Virus record (IMG/VR): IMGVR_UViG_3300021958_011649
Location: 1,747 to 65,746 of that record
DNA: 64,000 nucleotides
Direction: 5' to 3' (one strand)
Source of the DNA: a virus
Lineage: Duplodnaviria > Caudoviricetes
How positions within the stretch are numbered: position 1 is the stretch's first letter; every line of letters begins with the position of its first letter. Shown here in pieces: positions 10,234 through 20,779 of this stretch. The notes under the pieces are model-generated. The model saw only the letters and a program-made list of their open reading frames with translations, was not told where the DNA came from and searched no databases. Position numbers and translations under genes: made by a program.

Positions 10234-10948
10234 TTTTAAACCTTTTAAAATTATTTAGACTATAAAAATATTCTTTTTGTTTTTTCTTGAAAACTAAGTT
10301 AGGAGAACTTCCAAAGACTATGGTATCGCTAGGGACGTTTTCATCTTTAACTGTTGTACCCGCAGAAATAAAAACATTGTCGCCTATATGACAATTACCT
10401 AAAACAGAAGAATTTGCAAACATTCTAACGTTTTCTCCGAAAACTGGATAGACACCTTTATTCATACCCACAGTGCAACCATGCTGAAATGTAAAAAAGT
10501 TACCAAAAGTTGCTCTTCCTATTACTGTTCCGACAGGATGACCTAGCAAAAATATTTTCGGAAGTTCAACATCATGATACAAGTCAAGACCGTTTAGCAT
10601 CTTATTTAAATAGTATATTTTATCTGCAAGATTTTCAAAACCCGTTTTGTTTTTTACTTCTCTAGAGAGAAAGTACAAGAACATTGAGTACTGATCGGTA
10701 TTAAAAACATTAAAAATAAGGTCTTTTTCTTTCCAGAAATACTTAATGTCTATTTCTTTAAAGCAAAACTCAGTTGATGATAATGCTAAGTCTAGAATGT
10801 TGCTTGATTCTAATAAATTTTTCTCTTTTTTTTCTAATAAGAAGTTTTTGTTAATCTGTCTTTTTACAAGCTTTTTTAGCTTTTTCTTGCCGACATTAAT
10901 AATCATATAAAATTTCTTTAACCTTTTTAGCAATTTGCTGAGCTGCAC
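10223..10948 (-). CDS. Serine-acetyltransferase-like (CysE/WcaB-type) sugar acetyltransferase
   Basis: HPVGTVIGRA.FG, QHGCTVG, LGNCHIGDNVFISAG; true start may be 10906. Confidence 0.7.
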   Translation of the reverse strand: MQLSKLLKRLKKFYMIINVGKKKLKKLVKRQINKNFLLEKKEKNLLESSNILDLALSSTEFCFKEIDIKYFWKEKDLIFNVFNTDQYSMFLYFLSREVKNKTGFENLADKIYYLNKMLNGLDLYHDVELPKIFLLGHPVGTVIGRATFGNFFTFQHGCTVGMNKGVYPVFGENVRMFANSSVLGNCHIGDNVFISAGTTVKDENVPSDTIVFGSSPNLVFKKKQKEYFYSLNNFKRFKNEN

Positions 10949-12071
10949 TAGTTTCTGAAAAAAAGAAGTATTTGTTTAATTTTTCTTTGCTGAATTGATT
11001 TATAAAAGTTCTTTCTTTGCAAACGCTCAAAAATTCCTCAACTGTGCTGGTGTCAGTATAAATTTCTTCACAAAGATTATCACACATGTGCCACCCAGCA
11101 TATTCTCTCATTCTATAAGAGACAATTGGCTTGTTTATTAAACCCAGTTCAAACCCTACATGACTTAAATTAGTAATAGCAAAATCACAAATCTTATATA
11201 AGTCAAAGCCATCTTGTGCATCAATACAAGAAAAAGAGCTATATGGGTATTCTTCATATCTAGGTTTTCTATACCCTCCTCTCATTGCCCTAGGGTGTAC
11301 TCCGTAATATTCTGATTCTTTTTCAGTTGAAATATAATCTCCTGGATGAGTTTTAAAACAAATCTGATAATTTAATTTTTGCAATTGTTTAATACCAGAA
11401 TTTAGTTGATCGATTGACTTTTTATATTTGTTATCTGGGCCAGGGTTTCCCGGTAGATATGCAATAATTGGTAATTCTTTTTTCAATTTATATTTTTTAC
11501 AAAACTCTTCTTTACTAATTTTAGGTGGGCCAATCAAATGATCAAAAGAAGGAGAACCAGTAACAAAAACTTTTTTAGGATCTTCTTTTAGAGGTACTCC
11601 ACAAAAATCAGGATACTTTGAAGAATCATGCATGATACTTTTCCAGGCAACTCCTTTTGAAAAAAAGTACTCCCATCCTGTCTTAATAGAATCGCAGAAT
11701 AAGCCATCTCCTCCGCCAGTATCCCAAAAAGCTATCTTAACTCCTGATTTTTTAAGATATAAATTTCTATTTGCAAATCTATGTTTAAACTGCATATGTG
11801 AAGGCATAATGATTAATTTACAATTATTTTTGTTATACACCTCTAACATTTCTTTTTCATTTTTTATAGTTGTACAATTTAAGTTTTTGAAAACATTTAC
11901 GTCAAACCAAAACTTTTCGTTACCTCGCCAAACCTTTTTTATTCTAATATCTCTATGATTAATAACTGGAATTACGTTAAATTCGCTAGATAGAAATTTG
12001 AATAAGTTTAAGCCTTCATAAGGAGTTGTACACCAAAAAACATCTCCAAAATAAAGCATTATATTTTTCAT
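10896..12071 (-). CDS. GT-B transferase resembling CDP-glycerol glycerophosphotransferases and bacterial sialyltransferases
   Basis: VTGSPSFD, FKTHP, DFAITNLSHVGFE, KPIV. Confidence 0.55.
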   Translation of the reverse strand: MKNIMLYFGDVFWCTTPYEGLNLFKFLSSEFNVIPVINHRDIRIKKVWRGNEKFWFDVNVFKNLNCTTIKNEKEMLEVYNKNNCKLIIMPSHMQFKHRFANRNLYLKKSGVKIAFWDTGGGDGLFCDSIKTGWEYFFSKGVAWKSIMHDSSKYPDFCGVPLKEDPKKVFVTGSPSFDHLIGPPKISKEEFCKKYKLKKELPIIAYLPGNPGPDNKYKKSIDQLNSGIKQLQKLNYQICFKTHPGDYISTEKESEYYGVHPRAMRGGYRKPRYEEYPYSSFSCIDAQDGFDLYKICDFAITNLSHVGFELGLINKPIVSYRMREYAGWHMCDNLCEEIYTDTSTVEEFLSVCKERTFINQFSKEKLNKYFFFSETSAAQQIAKKVKEILYDY

Positions 12072-12072
12072 T

Positions 12073-13020
12073 TTAAACGCTCTTTTTATTTTTTAAGTAG
12101 AATTTAACTGTTTCTTTAATTGAATCTTCGTAGACAAAGTTAGGTTTCCAACCAAGATTCTCAATTTTTTCTGTGTTAATTAAGTACCTTTTATCATGCC
12201 CGGGCCTGTCTTCGACAAACGCTAGCAATGAATTATTAAATTCAAATCCCATTTCTTTTGCTATCTTTTTTACAGTTGTAATATTATCCTGCTCAAAACC
12301 AGAAGAAATATTATAAACTTCATTATCTTTTCCAGATTGCAAAACTTTTAGAATTGCTGAAGCTGTATCTAAAACATAAATCCATTCTCTTTTTTGCATA
12401 CCATCGCCGTAAACTGGAACTGGTATTTTCTTTTGAAGACATTCAATGATTTTAGGTGTAAACTTTTCTGAATGTTGTCTAGGCCCAAAATTGTTACCTG
12501 CTCTTATCATTTTATATGAAACATTGTAAGTGTTTGAAAAAGCACAGACAAAGTGTTCTGCTGCTGCTTTAGAAGCAGAATATGGATTTTTTGGATTTAA
12601 AGCATGATCTTCAAAAAATTTAGAACTTGCAGGACCATAAACCTCATCAGTAGAAATATGAAGTATATCAATGTCTAAATCTTTACAAACTTCTAGAATA
12701 CTAACAACACCTTTAATGTTGGACTCAATAAATTGATCACAACCAAGAATTGAATTGTCAACATGTGTTTCTGCAGCAAAATTTATTATACATTCGATTT
12801 CGTGTTTTTGACAAATAGATCTTATTGCATCAGTGTTACAAATGTTTTCATGATAAAAAAAGAAGTTTTTATTTTTTCTTGCATGATTTAAGTTTGAGAT
12901 TGACCCGGCGTAAGAAAGTACATCTACACCTACAACATAGTAGTTTTCTTGTAGCAACAAATCTACCATGTGACTGCCTATAAAACCCGCGCAGCCAGTA
13001 ACAATAACTTTTTTTAACAT
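12073..13020 (-). CDS. rfbB: dTDP-glucose 4,6-dehydratase
   Basis: VTGCAGFIGS, FAAETHVDNSI, HISTDEVYG, NPYSASKAA, NNFGPRQH.EK, DRPGHDKRY. Confidence 0.92.
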   Translation of the reverse strand: MLKKVIVTGCAGFIGSHMVDLLLQENYYVVGVDVLSYAGSISNLNHARKNKNFFFYHENICNTDAIRSICQKHEIECIINFAAETHVDNSILGCDQFIESNIKGVVSILEVCKDLDIDILHISTDEVYGPASSKFFEDHALNPKNPYSASKAAAEHFVCAFSNTYNVSYKMIRAGNNFGPRQHSEKFTPKIIECLQKKIPVPVYGDGMQKREWIYVLDTASAILKVLQSGKDNEVYNISSGFEQDNITTVKKIAKEMGFEFNNSLLAFVEDRPGHDKRYLINTEKIENLGWKPNFVYEDSIKETVKFYLKNKKSV

Positions 13021-13043
13021 AACGGCTTACTATTATCCTCTTG

Positions 13044-13772
13044 TTACAAATTATTTATAAGATTATTGGCTTTTTGATAAGATGAAAATGTTCCAGCATC
13101 AATCCACCAACCATTTAAAATATTATAATTTACTTTGCCGTTATTTACATAGAAATTGTTTACTTCAGTTATCTCAAACTCTCCTCTACTTGATATTTTT
13201 GTCTTCTTGATGATGTCAAAAACTTTTTTGTCATAAACATAAATACCTGTCACAATCATGTCAGAAACAAGATTTTCCGGATTTGGTTTTTCAACTATTT
13301 TGGTTATTTTTTTATCTTTTAAAAACGCAACACCAAACCTGTGAGGGTCACTTACTTTCTTTAGATTTAAAACGCAGGAAGAGGCACCTGCTTCTTTGTT
13401 CTTGTTAAAAACTTTGATGCAATTCTCTAGTTTATCTTGGAATATATTGTCACCTAGAATAACAACAACATCATCATCACCAACAAAATCTTTGCATAAA
13501 ATTAAAGCGCCACCGATGCCATCAGGAGAATCTTGAATTCTAAAAGAAATATTACAACCAAATTTTTTACCGCTACCAAGCAATTCTGTCATAGGCCCAG
13601 CATGATGAGAGCCTGTGACGATCATTATGTCAACTATTCCCGCTTCAGTAAGTTTGAAAATACTATGCATTATCATTGGTTTGTTACCAACTGGTAACAA
13701 GTGTTTATTTGAAACTAGTGTTAAAGGTCTAAGTCTAGATCCGGTTCCGCCTGCCAATATTATTCCTTTCAC
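13044..13772 (-). CDS. rfbA: Glucose-1-phosphate thymidylyltransferase, short SpsI-like form
   Basis: KGIILAGGTGSRLRPLT, KHLLPV, ILGDNIF, RFGVA, VEKP, RGEFEIT, WIDAGT. Confidence 0.9.
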   Translation of the reverse strand: MKGIILAGGTGSRLRPLTLVSNKHLLPVGNKPMIMHSIFKLTEAGIVDIMIVTGSHHAGPMTELLGSGKKFGCNISFRIQDSPDGIGGALILCKDFVGDDDVVVILGDNIFQDKLENCIKVFNKNKEAGASSCVLNLKKVSDPHRFGVAFLKDKKITKIVEKPNPENLVSDMIVTGIYVYDKKVFDIIKKTKISSRGEFEITEVNNFYVNNGKVNYNILNGWWIDAGTFSSYQKANNLINNL

Positions 13773-13774
13773 AA

Positions 13775-14422
13775 TTAATCCCCTTCAATTAATAGACATG
13801 TATAAAGCTGTGGTGCTTCAGGCCACAAAAACATGCTTTTTTCTACTATTATGTTGATGCCTAACTCTTTTAATTCTTTTTCATGTAAAACAAAAGGTAC
13901 TTCTTCTTTTATTGCGTTTAATATACTATTGTAGCCGAACTTTTTACAGTTTTTTTCAAATTTACTAAAATCTAATGATTTAATCATTTTTTCACTTAGA
14001 TAGCAAGACCACAAATAGTTTTTTTCCGAATAAGCAAATTCATGTTCTTGATCCTTCAACCAACCTATTTTAAATCTTTCAAACCTCCAGTGATCACCTA
14101 AGCCCCAGTCAATTAAAATCTTGCCGCCTGGTCGCAATAATTTCTTAAATTCTTTTATCATCTCTAGGGGATTTTTCGAAAAATAAGCAGTTCTTGTGCA
14201 TATTAAAAGATCAAATTTTTCCTCAGAAACATAAGGAAAAAGGTTAATATTCCAATTGTTTAGAGATAGATCAAAAAAGCATTTTTTTCTAGATCTGATC
14301 ATTTTAGTAAATGTATTTTCTTTTGGTTGCCCAAAACATCCTACTGAATCAAAATGTTTGTTTAAGTTTATTCCCATCACACGAGTGTAAAATTCAAAAA
14401 CAATCTGATCTGATCTTCCCAT
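13775..14422 (-). CDS. Class I SAM-dependent methyltransferase-like
   Basis: FDLLIC...LLRPGGKILI post-motif pattern; motif I weak. Confidence 0.55.
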   Translation of the reverse strand: MGRSDQIVFEFYTRVMGINLNKHFDSVGCFGQPKENTFTKMIRSRKKCFFDLSLNNWNINLFPYVSEEKFDLLICTRTAYFSKNPLEMIKEFKKLLRPGGKILIDWGLGDHWRFERFKIGWLKDQEHEFAYSEKNYLWSCYLSEKMIKSLDFSKFEKNCKKFGYNSILNAIKEEVPFVLHEKELKELGINIIVEKSMFLWPEAPQLYTCLLIEGD

Positions 14423-14450
14423 TTTTATTCCAGTTATTTGTGTTGTTGTA

Positions 14451-15164
14451 CTATAGTAAATCTTTTAAAAAACAAAATTTAATATTTTCTTCTTTTGCAT
14501 TTTTCAAAAACAAAGCTAAATCATCTGTCATTTGCTTGGAAAGATAATTCTTGTCCCATTCGCAAGCATGATAAACTATCTCTGTCTTTTCGCTTAGTAC
14601 TAGAGGGTCAAAAGGAGGATTACAATTATAATAAACAACATCTTTAAAATTGTTTTCAAATCCTCCATAGGTTTTTTTTGCGTAATCTTTGGGTGACAAA
14701 GCTAATATTTTTATTCCTGAATCTTTTGCTGCCTGAATAGCATCTCCTGACATCCGCCAAGCGGGAGGTCTAAAAATCATTTTAAATGATGAAGTCAAGT
14801 CAGCAAGTTTAACAACTTCAAACATTGCTTTAAATCTTTTTATTGCATCATCATAACTTAAGTTTTGAAACTCATCATTGTCTGACCTTCCCGGAATACC
14901 ATGATAAAAACCATGATAGCAAATTTCAAAATTTCTTTCAGGTAAATTTTTAATGAAATTGCAGAACTCTGGAAAAAGATTAATTTGTAAAGGGTGTTTT
15001 GTTCCTGTCCCTGGTTTAACTGTTCTCCAATAAGATATAGGAACAAAGAGTGAAAACTTAATATCAGGAAACTTAGATATTAAATAATAGCAATTCTCTA
15101 AAACCTTTATTGACGACATTGGATGAGGAGAGACATCATCTATACTAATATTAACTTTTCTCAT
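14451..15164 (-). CDS. Polysaccharide deacetylase-like (DUF2334/NodB fold)
   Basis: ISIDDV, HGFYH, NDEF, FRPPAW. Confidence 0.75.
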   Translation of the reverse strand: MRKVNISIDDVSPHPMSSIKVLENCYYLISKFPDIKFSLFVPISYWRTVKPGTGTKHPLQINLFPEFCNFIKNLPERNFEICYHGFYHGIPGRSDNDEFQNLSYDDAIKRFKAMFEVVKLADLTSSFKMIFRPPAWRMSGDAIQAAKDSGIKILALSPKDYAKKTYGGFENNFKDVVYYNCNPPFDPLVLSEKTEIVYHACEWDKNYLSKQMTDDLALFLKNAKEENIKFCFLKDLL

Positions 15165-16098
15165 TTTCTAGGTCCTCTATTATTCTGATATATTTATCAA
15201 TTGAGTCTTCTACTTTTTCACTGTATTTAGATACATTATTTTTAAAAATAGAATATTCATTATCCATTCTTTCTATTGATGAAATAAGACCTTCAAAACT
15301 AGAATATTCAAGACCAAATCCTTTGCAGTATTCATTAATTGAACCACCCCCAGTCCTGTAAAGAACAGGTAATCCGCAAGCTAGTGCCTCTAAAACATGA
15401 TTTGCTCCTGCTTCCTCAAGAGAAGCTGTTAAGTAAAAGTCATTCTCTGGTATTTTTCGAGATAAAGTCTCAACATCAACAGGTGGTATTGTTTGAATAT
15501 TTAAAGAAGAATATTTTTCTGAGAATCTACCAATATATGTTAACCTAACACTTTTACCATTTATAGTGCCACCATTTAAAAACTCTCCAAGCATAGAGTA
15601 TATTTCGAAACCTTTTTTGTCATTTGTAGACCAGTGATGTGTGACAATATTTATTTGATCTGATGATACTCTATCATCAGTTCTGTTATAGTAGAACTCA
15701 GACATGGGTCGATTCTCTATTATTGAAAAGTTTCTTTCTGTATGATTAATCATTTTTCTTGACCAGTGACTAGGAAAAATGTAAAAATCTGAGAGATTCT
15801 TCGATGCTATCTCCCTAAGTATTTTTGTTAAGTCAGGCTTTGAATGTGTCCCTACGTCTCCAACCCTTTGCAATATTTTAGTGTTCTTAAAACTAGCCTT
15901 ATAGTCTAAAAAATTTTGATACCATACACCTTTTTTATTTGGTCTTGGGTCATAGCAAAAAATTATGTCTATATCTCTTTCTAAGTCAAAAGTTAGTTCA
16001 TGACCTATTTCTTTAAGCCTCTTGCAGAGTGAAGACAAAGTTTTATTTCCACCACCCCAAGGTCCCTCTACGGGTTCTCTGTTTAGATATATTTTCAA
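15151..16098 (-). CDS. Glycosyltransferase family 4
   Basis: GPWGGGN, FPSHW, YIGR, EAGANHVLEALACGLPV. Confidence 0.85.
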   Translation of the reverse strand: MKIYLNREPVEGPWGGGNKTLSSLCKRLKEIGHELTFDLERDIDIIFCYDPRPNKKGVWYQNFLDYKASFKNTKILQRVGDVGTHSKPDLTKILREIASKNLSDFYIFPSHWSRKMINHTERNFSIIENRPMSEFYYNRTDDRVSSDQINIVTHHWSTNDKKGFEIYSMLGEFLNGGTINGKSVRLTYIGRFSEKYSSLNIQTIPPVDVETLSRKIPENDFYLTASLEEAGANHVLEALACGLPVLYRTGGGSINEYCKGFGLEYSSFEGLISSIERMDNEYSIFKNNVSKYSEKVEDSIDKYIRIIEDLENEKS

Positions 16099-17121
16099 TT
16101 ACTTCCTCACCGAAAGAATAGTGTTGCTCATGTGTGATTGCTTCATTGCGTTAATTGTTAAAAAGTCATAAAAGCCTTGTTCTACAGTATAAAGATTGCC
16201 ATTAAATGATTCTTTTAGGAGCATTGCAATTGCAGTCTGCTGGTCATTAAAGCTATTCTCGACATAAGGGTTTCTCCAATATATTCCTAAGCCCGACAAT
16301 TCAATAGATTTAGTAGTAGATTCATCTGTAACAGTTCTTATAGCTTTCTCAATAATTGGCCTTCTATTTTTATCACAGTAAGTTACAGAGAATTTTTCAT
16401 AATCATCATCCATATTTTCCATTCTTCCTGAAATTATTGATCCATCAACTGAATAGGCTCTTAATAACTGAATTGGTTTTAAAATACTCTGCTTGCAATT
16501 ATAAGCGAAGCTATGCATCAAAAGCTCTCCTTTTTCAAGCATTGTTTGACCGTGTGTCCAAAAATCAGAAGTTCTATTGATATTTCCTGACTTATCTACA
16601 AAGCCTTGTCTATTTTCAAAATCCTGAATCTTTCCAAAAAAACTTATAGGCCTTGATCCTAGACAATATTTCCTTAACTGAGATATTCCGTGATAATCAA
16701 ATGACCTTCCGTCATTGAAAACCCAGTAAGGTCTACTTATTATTCCCATGTTGTAGATTTCTTCTTTTACCTGTTCTATTGGCAAGTAAATCCACTGCTC
16801 TAAAACTCCTACAGGATTTAAGTTTTGCAACCATCGTTGATCAGAAACAGGTGTTTCAATTAGTAAAGAAGTTCCAAAATCAATGTTTCCAACAACATCG
16901 AAGCTTTCTTCGCTAGGCAAGAAACAAAGCACTAGATCAAGGTTTAGATTTTTAAAATCTTCTAATTTATCAACAATACTATAATTGTCAATATTTTCAA
17001 ATATCTTTAGTTTTTCTTTGGTTCTATTCCAGATAAAGATGTTACAGCCAAGTGAATCTAAAATTTCCCTATATACGTTTAAAAATCTTTTACCAGATCC
17101 TACAATACCTACTTTTTTCAT
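16099..17121 (-). CDS. Gfo/Idh/MocA-family oxidoreductase-like
   Basis: N-terminal Rossmann KKVGIVGSG, WNRT, LLIETPV (EKP variant). Confidence 0.65.
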   Translation of the reverse strand: MKKVGIVGSGKRFLNVYREILDSLGCNIFIWNRTKEKLKIFENIDNYSIVDKLEDFKNLNLDLVLCFLPSEESFDVVGNIDFGTSLLIETPVSDQRWLQNLNPVGVLEQWIYLPIEQVKEEIYNMGIISRPYWVFNDGRSFDYHGISQLRKYCLGSRPISFFGKIQDFENRQGFVDKSGNINRTSDFWTHGQTMLEKGELLMHSFAYNCKQSILKPIQLLRAYSVDGSIISGRMENMDDDYEKFSVTYCDKNRRPIIEKAIRTVTDESTTKSIELSGLGIYWRNPYVENSFNDQQTAIAMLLKESFNGNLYTVEQGFYDFLTINAMKQSHMSNTILSVRK

Positions 17122-17811
17122 TTATATTTCCTCAAATGCTCTCATGGTTTGCATATGTAAACTATCTTCATAATGATCGTCAATAATTTGCTCTCTACTA
17201 AGAAAATTATAAATCAATCTTATTGATTTTTCTCCTTTCATTTCAGGACAAACTGCATGCATCCCGCAAGTGTCAAACAATATCGCTTTATCGGATGATG
17301 TACTTATTTTTTTAACTTTTAAAATATTAAACAGCTGATTATCATAGCCGTTGTTTGGAAAAATAATCCTATTAGAACCTATTAAATATAAAAGCCTATC
17401 ACGCTCAGAATCTTCAAGTTGAGGGTAGTATATTATCTTAAGACCGGCGGGTGTCTTACCTACTGGATCTCCAGATAGAGAATAGTAAGTATCTCTATGC
17501 CAATTCATATAGCTGTTCTCATCCTCAACAACTCTAACTTGTATGTGAAAAAGAGACATGTCTCTAAGAGAAATTGATCTAATCTTTTCTTTTATGTTAT
17601 TTTCTTTTAGAATATCCATAAAGACACTATCGTAATTTATAACATCGGGTCTAAAGTCCTGTGTTTTTGGATATTTTGATTTTAAAAAGTAGTCCTTGTT
17701 CTTAATTTTGTTATCGAGTATTTCTTTTAAAACTTCGTCTAACTGCTTTGTATTTTTAAGACTTATTTCTGCAATGCCATCTCTATAAAAATCTACATAG
17801 CTCTTTTTCAT
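17122..17811 (-). CDS. 2OG-Fe(II) dioxygenase, PhyH-like
   Basis: WHRD (HxD), distal HAV, R in IRLIYNF. Confidence 0.6.
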   Translation of the reverse strand: MKKSYVDFYRDGIAEISLKNTKQLDEVLKEILDNKIKNKDYFLKSKYPKTQDFRPDVINYDSVFMDILKENNIKEKIRSISLRDMSLFHIQVRVVEDENSYMNWHRDTYYSLSGDPVGKTPAGLKIIYYPQLEDSERDRLLYLIGSNRIIFPNNGYDNQLFNILKVKKISTSSDKAILFDTCGMHAVCPEMKGEKSIRLIYNFLSREQIIDDHYEDSLHMQTMRAFEEI

Positions 17812-18767
17812 TTTAAACTTATCCTCGATGTAGAAGAAAATGATTTAAAAAAATCATCATATTGACCTATAACTTTCTTATGGCCAAACTTTAAAAATTT
17901 ATTGTAATTAGATTTGGTTGATGAAAAAGCTTTTATAAGTTTTTCTTCAGTTATATCTTCTTCGAAATCATAAATACAATTACTATCAAGAAATCTAAAC
18001 TGACCTGATTTTGTCGATATTATTGGAACTTCTAGGTGAGAACATTCAAAAATTGCCTGAGGTCCACCTTCACATCTTGAAGAGACAACATAGAGATCCA
18101 AAGCGTTATAAAGACTATTGATAATCTCCTGCGTTGGTAGCTCAATGTAGGTATGTGGTATCTTTTCTTCTTCGAGTCGTCTAATGACATATTGCCTTCG
18201 CCACCCACTTAAAACTACATGCAAATCTTTTTTAAATTTGTGTATATGTTTTACTTTTTCAACAAAAATATCCGGACCTTTTTCAAGTTTAGGAGATTTT
18301 AAATCTGAACCCTCTGTGTCTCTCTGAAAAGATCCCACCAGAAACTTGTCTACAGGCAGTCCAATTTCTAATCTCGATTCTTTTTTGTCTTTTTTAAGCC
18401 ATATTTCATGATTAATCCAGTGAGGTAAAATACTCACTGATTTTGACGACATACTTTTAATAAGATTAGCAGTTTCTTCATTATATGTTAGATAATGATT
18501 TACAAAATTATCTCTTAATAAAAAATTTTGCTTTCTTTTTTCGTCAAATTTTTCAGGAACTTCGTGATGTATTGTGCAGACGACGTAGAAGTTCTTTAAT
18601 ACCTCTGGGTGAATCTGATTCCAACACCAAGATCCCAAAAGCCATATTACATTGGTATCTTTTTCAATTTTATTAAATGAAACAGCATGGTTTGAGAATT
18701 TTTTATATTCTTCTCCCATTCTATCAACAATCCAGTTTTCTCTAGGAATATGACAAAATATCTTCAT
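17808..18767 (-). CDS. Glycosyltransferase family 4
   Basis: GSFQRD, EKGPD, DLYVVSSRCEGGPQAIFE. Confidence 0.85.
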   Translation of the reverse strand: MKIFCHIPRENWIVDRMGEEYKKFSNHAVSFNKIEKDTNVIWLLGSWCWNQIHPEVLKNFYVVCTIHHEVPEKFDEKRKQNFLLRDNFVNHYLTYNEETANLIKSMSSKSVSILPHWINHEIWLKKDKKESRLEIGLPVDKFLVGSFQRDTEGSDLKSPKLEKGPDIFVEKVKHIHKFKKDLHVVLSGWRRQYVIRRLEEEKIPHTYIELPTQEIINSLYNALDLYVVSSRCEGGPQAIFECSHLEVPIISTKSGQFRFLDSNCIYDFEEDITEEKLIKAFSSTKSNYNKFLKFGHKKVIGQYDDFFKSFSSTSRISLK

Positions 18768-19708
18768 GTTAACGATATATCCTTAAAGACATTATAGTAT
18801 GAATTCACACATTTTTCAAAACGAGAAACTTTTTTATTTGTCTTTCTATCTCTGAAATCTCTATGAACAGATATTTCTTTTACATTTCCAAAATCCATCT
18901 TAGGCGGATTATAAAGTTCACAAGGTTTAAAATCCCATTCATCTTCTATGATTATAATACCATTATCAACTACTTCATGTGTTCCACCTGTTGATGAACA
19001 AACAATTCTACAACCAGCTTCTTGAGCATCTACAACAACATTTGGACAGTGGTCTAAATAAGCCAAATGAATAAACGTAGAAGATTTTTTATACAAAGAT
19101 AACAAGCTAATGTAATCCAATTCTCCTAGAAAAACTAATCGTCCTTGAATTGAATTAGTCAGGCTTGATACTTTTGCATCTTTTCCGGCAATGGCTAAAA
19201 CAGCATCTTTAGGAGCAAACTCCAGAAAGTATCTAATGTTCTCATCTAAACGCTTGTGAGGTCTCCAGCTCGAAGCACAAGACCATACTTCAACATCTTT
19301 ACCAAGCTTATCATCCCAAATATCAGAATTGACAGAATTTATTAAAAAATTATCCGCAGCATTGTGAATTACATGACCGTTTTTGTGTGGGCCAAACCAA
19401 GACTCAGTTAACTGCTTATTAAAGTTTGACTGAAATATGACAGCATCGGAATTTTCATAAGCAAATCTAATCGGTGCATTTTGCTGTTTAAAGTCCTGTT
19501 CAGAATTGAAATATATACCATCTAGTCTCAAAACCATTGGTTTAGCTTTATACACTTGTTGTTGAATGAGACAGAATTCAACATCTGCTTCATCCTGATT
19601 TGACAAATTAACAAGATCATTGTTTATCAGACTAGCAAAAAGGGTCCTAGTAAACTTATTAGGACCGCTGTTTGAATGAGGATTGAAATTATGAGTAAAA
19701 ACTTTCAC
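18764..19708 (-). CDS. Glycosyltransferase family 4
   Basis: SGPNKF, VIFQSNF, IHNA, HKRL, DHCPNVVVDA. Confidence 0.82.
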   Translation of the reverse strand: MKVFTHNFNPHSNSGPNKFTRTLFASLINNDLVNLSNQDEADVEFCLIQQQVYKAKPMVLRLDGIYFNSEQDFKQQNAPIRFAYENSDAVIFQSNFNKQLTESWFGPHKNGHVIHNAADNFLINSVNSDIWDDKLGKDVEVWSCASSWRPHKRLDENIRYFLEFAPKDAVLAIAGKDAKVSSLTNSIQGRLVFLGELDYISLLSLYKKSSTFIHLAYLDHCPNVVVDAQEAGCRIVCSSTGGTHEVVDNGIIIIEDEWDFKPCELYNPPKMDFGNVKEISVHRDFRDRKTNKKVSRFEKCVNSYYNVFKDISLT

Positions 19709-20070
19709 CGCTTATAATCATCCCTGATTCTAACGACATCATCGATTTCTGGAGAACTAACCTCCATCAAGACAACATCAGTTGTTCCAGCGCCAAATCT
19801 ATGAACTTGTCCAGGTTTAACATGGTAAACAGACCCAGGACCCAAAGTTTGACTAAATTCTTCATTGTCGCTTTCCCAAAGAATTAAAACACCACTCATG
19901 ACATATATGGTTTCTTCTTTTTCTTTGTGATATTGTAAGCTTAAACGATGGTTAGGTTGGATGTGTAATATTTTTCCGCAATATTTGTCACACAAAGCCC
20001 AATGAACCTCATAACCCCAAGGTTTTTCAATTCTTGCCATCTCTCTTATATTATTAATCATTTTATACAA
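19705..20070 (-). CDS. Cupin, mannose-6-phosphate-isomerase type II C-terminal-like
   Basis: IEKPWGYE, LSLQYH..KEET, PGQVHRF, EVSSPEIDDVVR; start may be 20040. Confidence 0.8.
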   Translation of the reverse strand: MYKMINNIREMARIEKPWGYEVHWALCDKYCGKILHIQPNHRLSLQYHKEKEETIYVMSGVLILWESDNEEFSQTLGPGSVYHVKPGQVHRFGAGTTDVVLMEVSSPEIDDVVRIRDDYKR

Positions 20071-20779
20071 AACCTCTTGATCTAACTAATCTTACAGTAT
20101 CCATTTGATTTTTTTCACTCCATTCTCTAACAGAAACAGAGTTTGAGTTAATCCTATAAAGATAACAAATCTCATTTAAGAATTTTCTCTTATGACTTAA
20201 ATACAGCATTGGCAAATAAAGAGCTTGGTCATATCCTCTAACAAACCAGTTCCCGTCTAAATCTTTAAAGTTTTCATCCGAAATAGCTTTTAAAACACAG
20301 CCTCGCCATGTTTTAAGGTGCGATGTACACCAAGGATATTCATAGGGATTCACAGGAGGCGATTCTGGCAACTCTTTTGAGATGTTCATAGAATTAATAT
20401 CCCAAGAGTGTGCAGTCCAAACAGTGTCAACGTCGTCATCTTCTGAATATGCTTTTAAAAGTAAGCCCACAGTATTTTCATTGCAGAGTGCATCATCAGC
20501 ATCAATTACTGCAACAACAGTTTTTGAATCATTTTCATATTCTCTTGCAGCATTAACAACATTTTTAAGAGCATAACATTTTTCTGTGTTTTTAACAACC
20601 TTGAATCTTTCATCTCCCTCAGTTAACTGGACAGCCAATTCAAAGCTATTATCAGTTGACATGTCATCAATGATTACATGTTCCCAATTTGAATTCTTTT
20701 GTTCCTTAATTGATTCAATTAGATCTTTAAGATGTGAAGATGCATTGTACATCGGACTTATGAATACTACTTTTTCCAT
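20063..20779 (-). CDS. Glycosyltransferase family 2
   Basis: ISPMYNA, IIDDMSTD, IDADD (DxD), YLYR. Confidence 0.88.
   Translation of the reverse strand: MEKVVFISPMYNASSHLKDLIESIKEQKNSNWEHVIIDDMSTDNSFELAVQLTEGDERFKVVKNTEKCYALKNVVNAAREYENDSKTVVAVIDADDALCNENTVGLLLKAYSEDDDVDTVWTAHSWDINSMNISKELPESPPVNPYEYPWCTSHLKTWRGCVLKAISDENFKDLDGNWFVRGYDQALYLPMLYLSHKRKFLNEICYLYRINSNSVSVREWSEKNQMDTVRLVRSRGFV

Noticed and set aside
16098-17122. Same-frame gene pairs separated only by a stop (15151/16099/17122 and 28752/29226) as further readthrough cases
   Set aside because: A start codon follows the stop immediately and each protein begins with its own recognisable N-terminal motif, so this is normal translational coupling
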